DNA of 16,117 nucleotides from a virus (Duplodnaviria; Heunggongvirae; Uroviricota; Caudoviricetes): IMG/VR virus record IMGVR_UViG_2778261278_000003, positions 1 to 16,117 of that record; one strand, 5' to 3'. Shown piece by piece: positions 15,617 to 16,117 of this stretch (position 1 is its first letter; each line of letters starts with the position of its first letter). The notes under the pieces were generated by a model. It saw only the letters and a program-made list of their open reading frames with translations, ran no database searches and was not told where the DNA came from. The position numbers and the translations under genes were made by a program.

Positions 15617-16117
15617 TTATATTATCAAAAGGTTCTGTTCATTTCTTTTAGCGCATTCAAAAAACTGATCGTCATTATTTTTATTCGATAATTTTTTAGT
15701 TTCAGAAAACACATTTTCATTGTTTTCCAGCTTTAGTTTAATGAGAAGATTTTCCCAGACCTGCTTGCTTAAACATATTACGTCAGGCTCACCAGAACTA
15801 ACTAACTCGTGATTATTATTAAAGTGTACGTTGAATACCTTTAAGTTATTTTCACCAACTTCATATTTAATACGTTTTAATTGTTCTCCAACTCCCATAA
15901 TGACAAAGGCGTTGCCTTCATGATATATACATTCAGACATCATTTTTTGTAAAGTTTCAAGAGCACCGCGATACGTCCCTGAGGCAGCTTTCTTACAAAT
16001 TAAATTTATAATACTATAAGCTAGTAGCTCCATGGATTCAGAAGATTTTCTTTCATTACAATTTCCACTATCTATAAATGAGCTAGTGTTAAATTCGTTG
16101 TTTTTACTAACTAACAT
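15617..16117 (-). CDS. Hypothetical AT-rich protein (at least 166 aa); the ATG is the last codon of the window, so it may be 5'-partial
   Basis: Clean ORF on the same strand and of the same composition as 14746-15489; no motif recognised. Confidence 0.5.
   Translation of the reverse strand: MLVSKNNEFNTSSFIDSGNCNERKSSESMELLAYSIINLICKKAASGTYRGALETLQKMMSECIYHEGNAFVIMGVGEQLKRIKYEVGENNLKVFNVHFNNNHELVSSGEPDVICLSKQVWENLLIKLKLENNENVFSETKKLSNKNNDDQFFECAKRNEQNLLII

Overview
Most of this window (1 to ~10250) is a near-complete P4-type satellite-phage element; the rest is an autotransporter adhesin gene, recombinase debris and two AT-rich ORFs. Order in the element: P4-family tyrosine integrase (1-1194, +), an AT-rich two-gene cargo operon (1227-2785, -), the P2/P4 cos 19-mer (2892-2910), the late operon psu-delta-sid (3075-4952, -), a control region with Delta-type TGT-N12-ACA boxes and six TGTTCACC iterons (ori-like), vis (5505-5771), an immunity-like leader, small early ORFs, the alpha primase-helicase (7566-9908) and a crr-like pair of ~120-bp iteron repeats (9955-10250). 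The most interesting object is the cargo operon: a 299-aa soluble protein translationally coupled to a ~220-aa four-helix membrane protein, sitting at the cos-int position where P4-like satellites carry anti-phage systems. I could not assign either protein to a family from sequence alone, and they may simply be Gop/Beta homologues. All identifications rest on reading motifs and on recalled P4 biology; no database search was possible.
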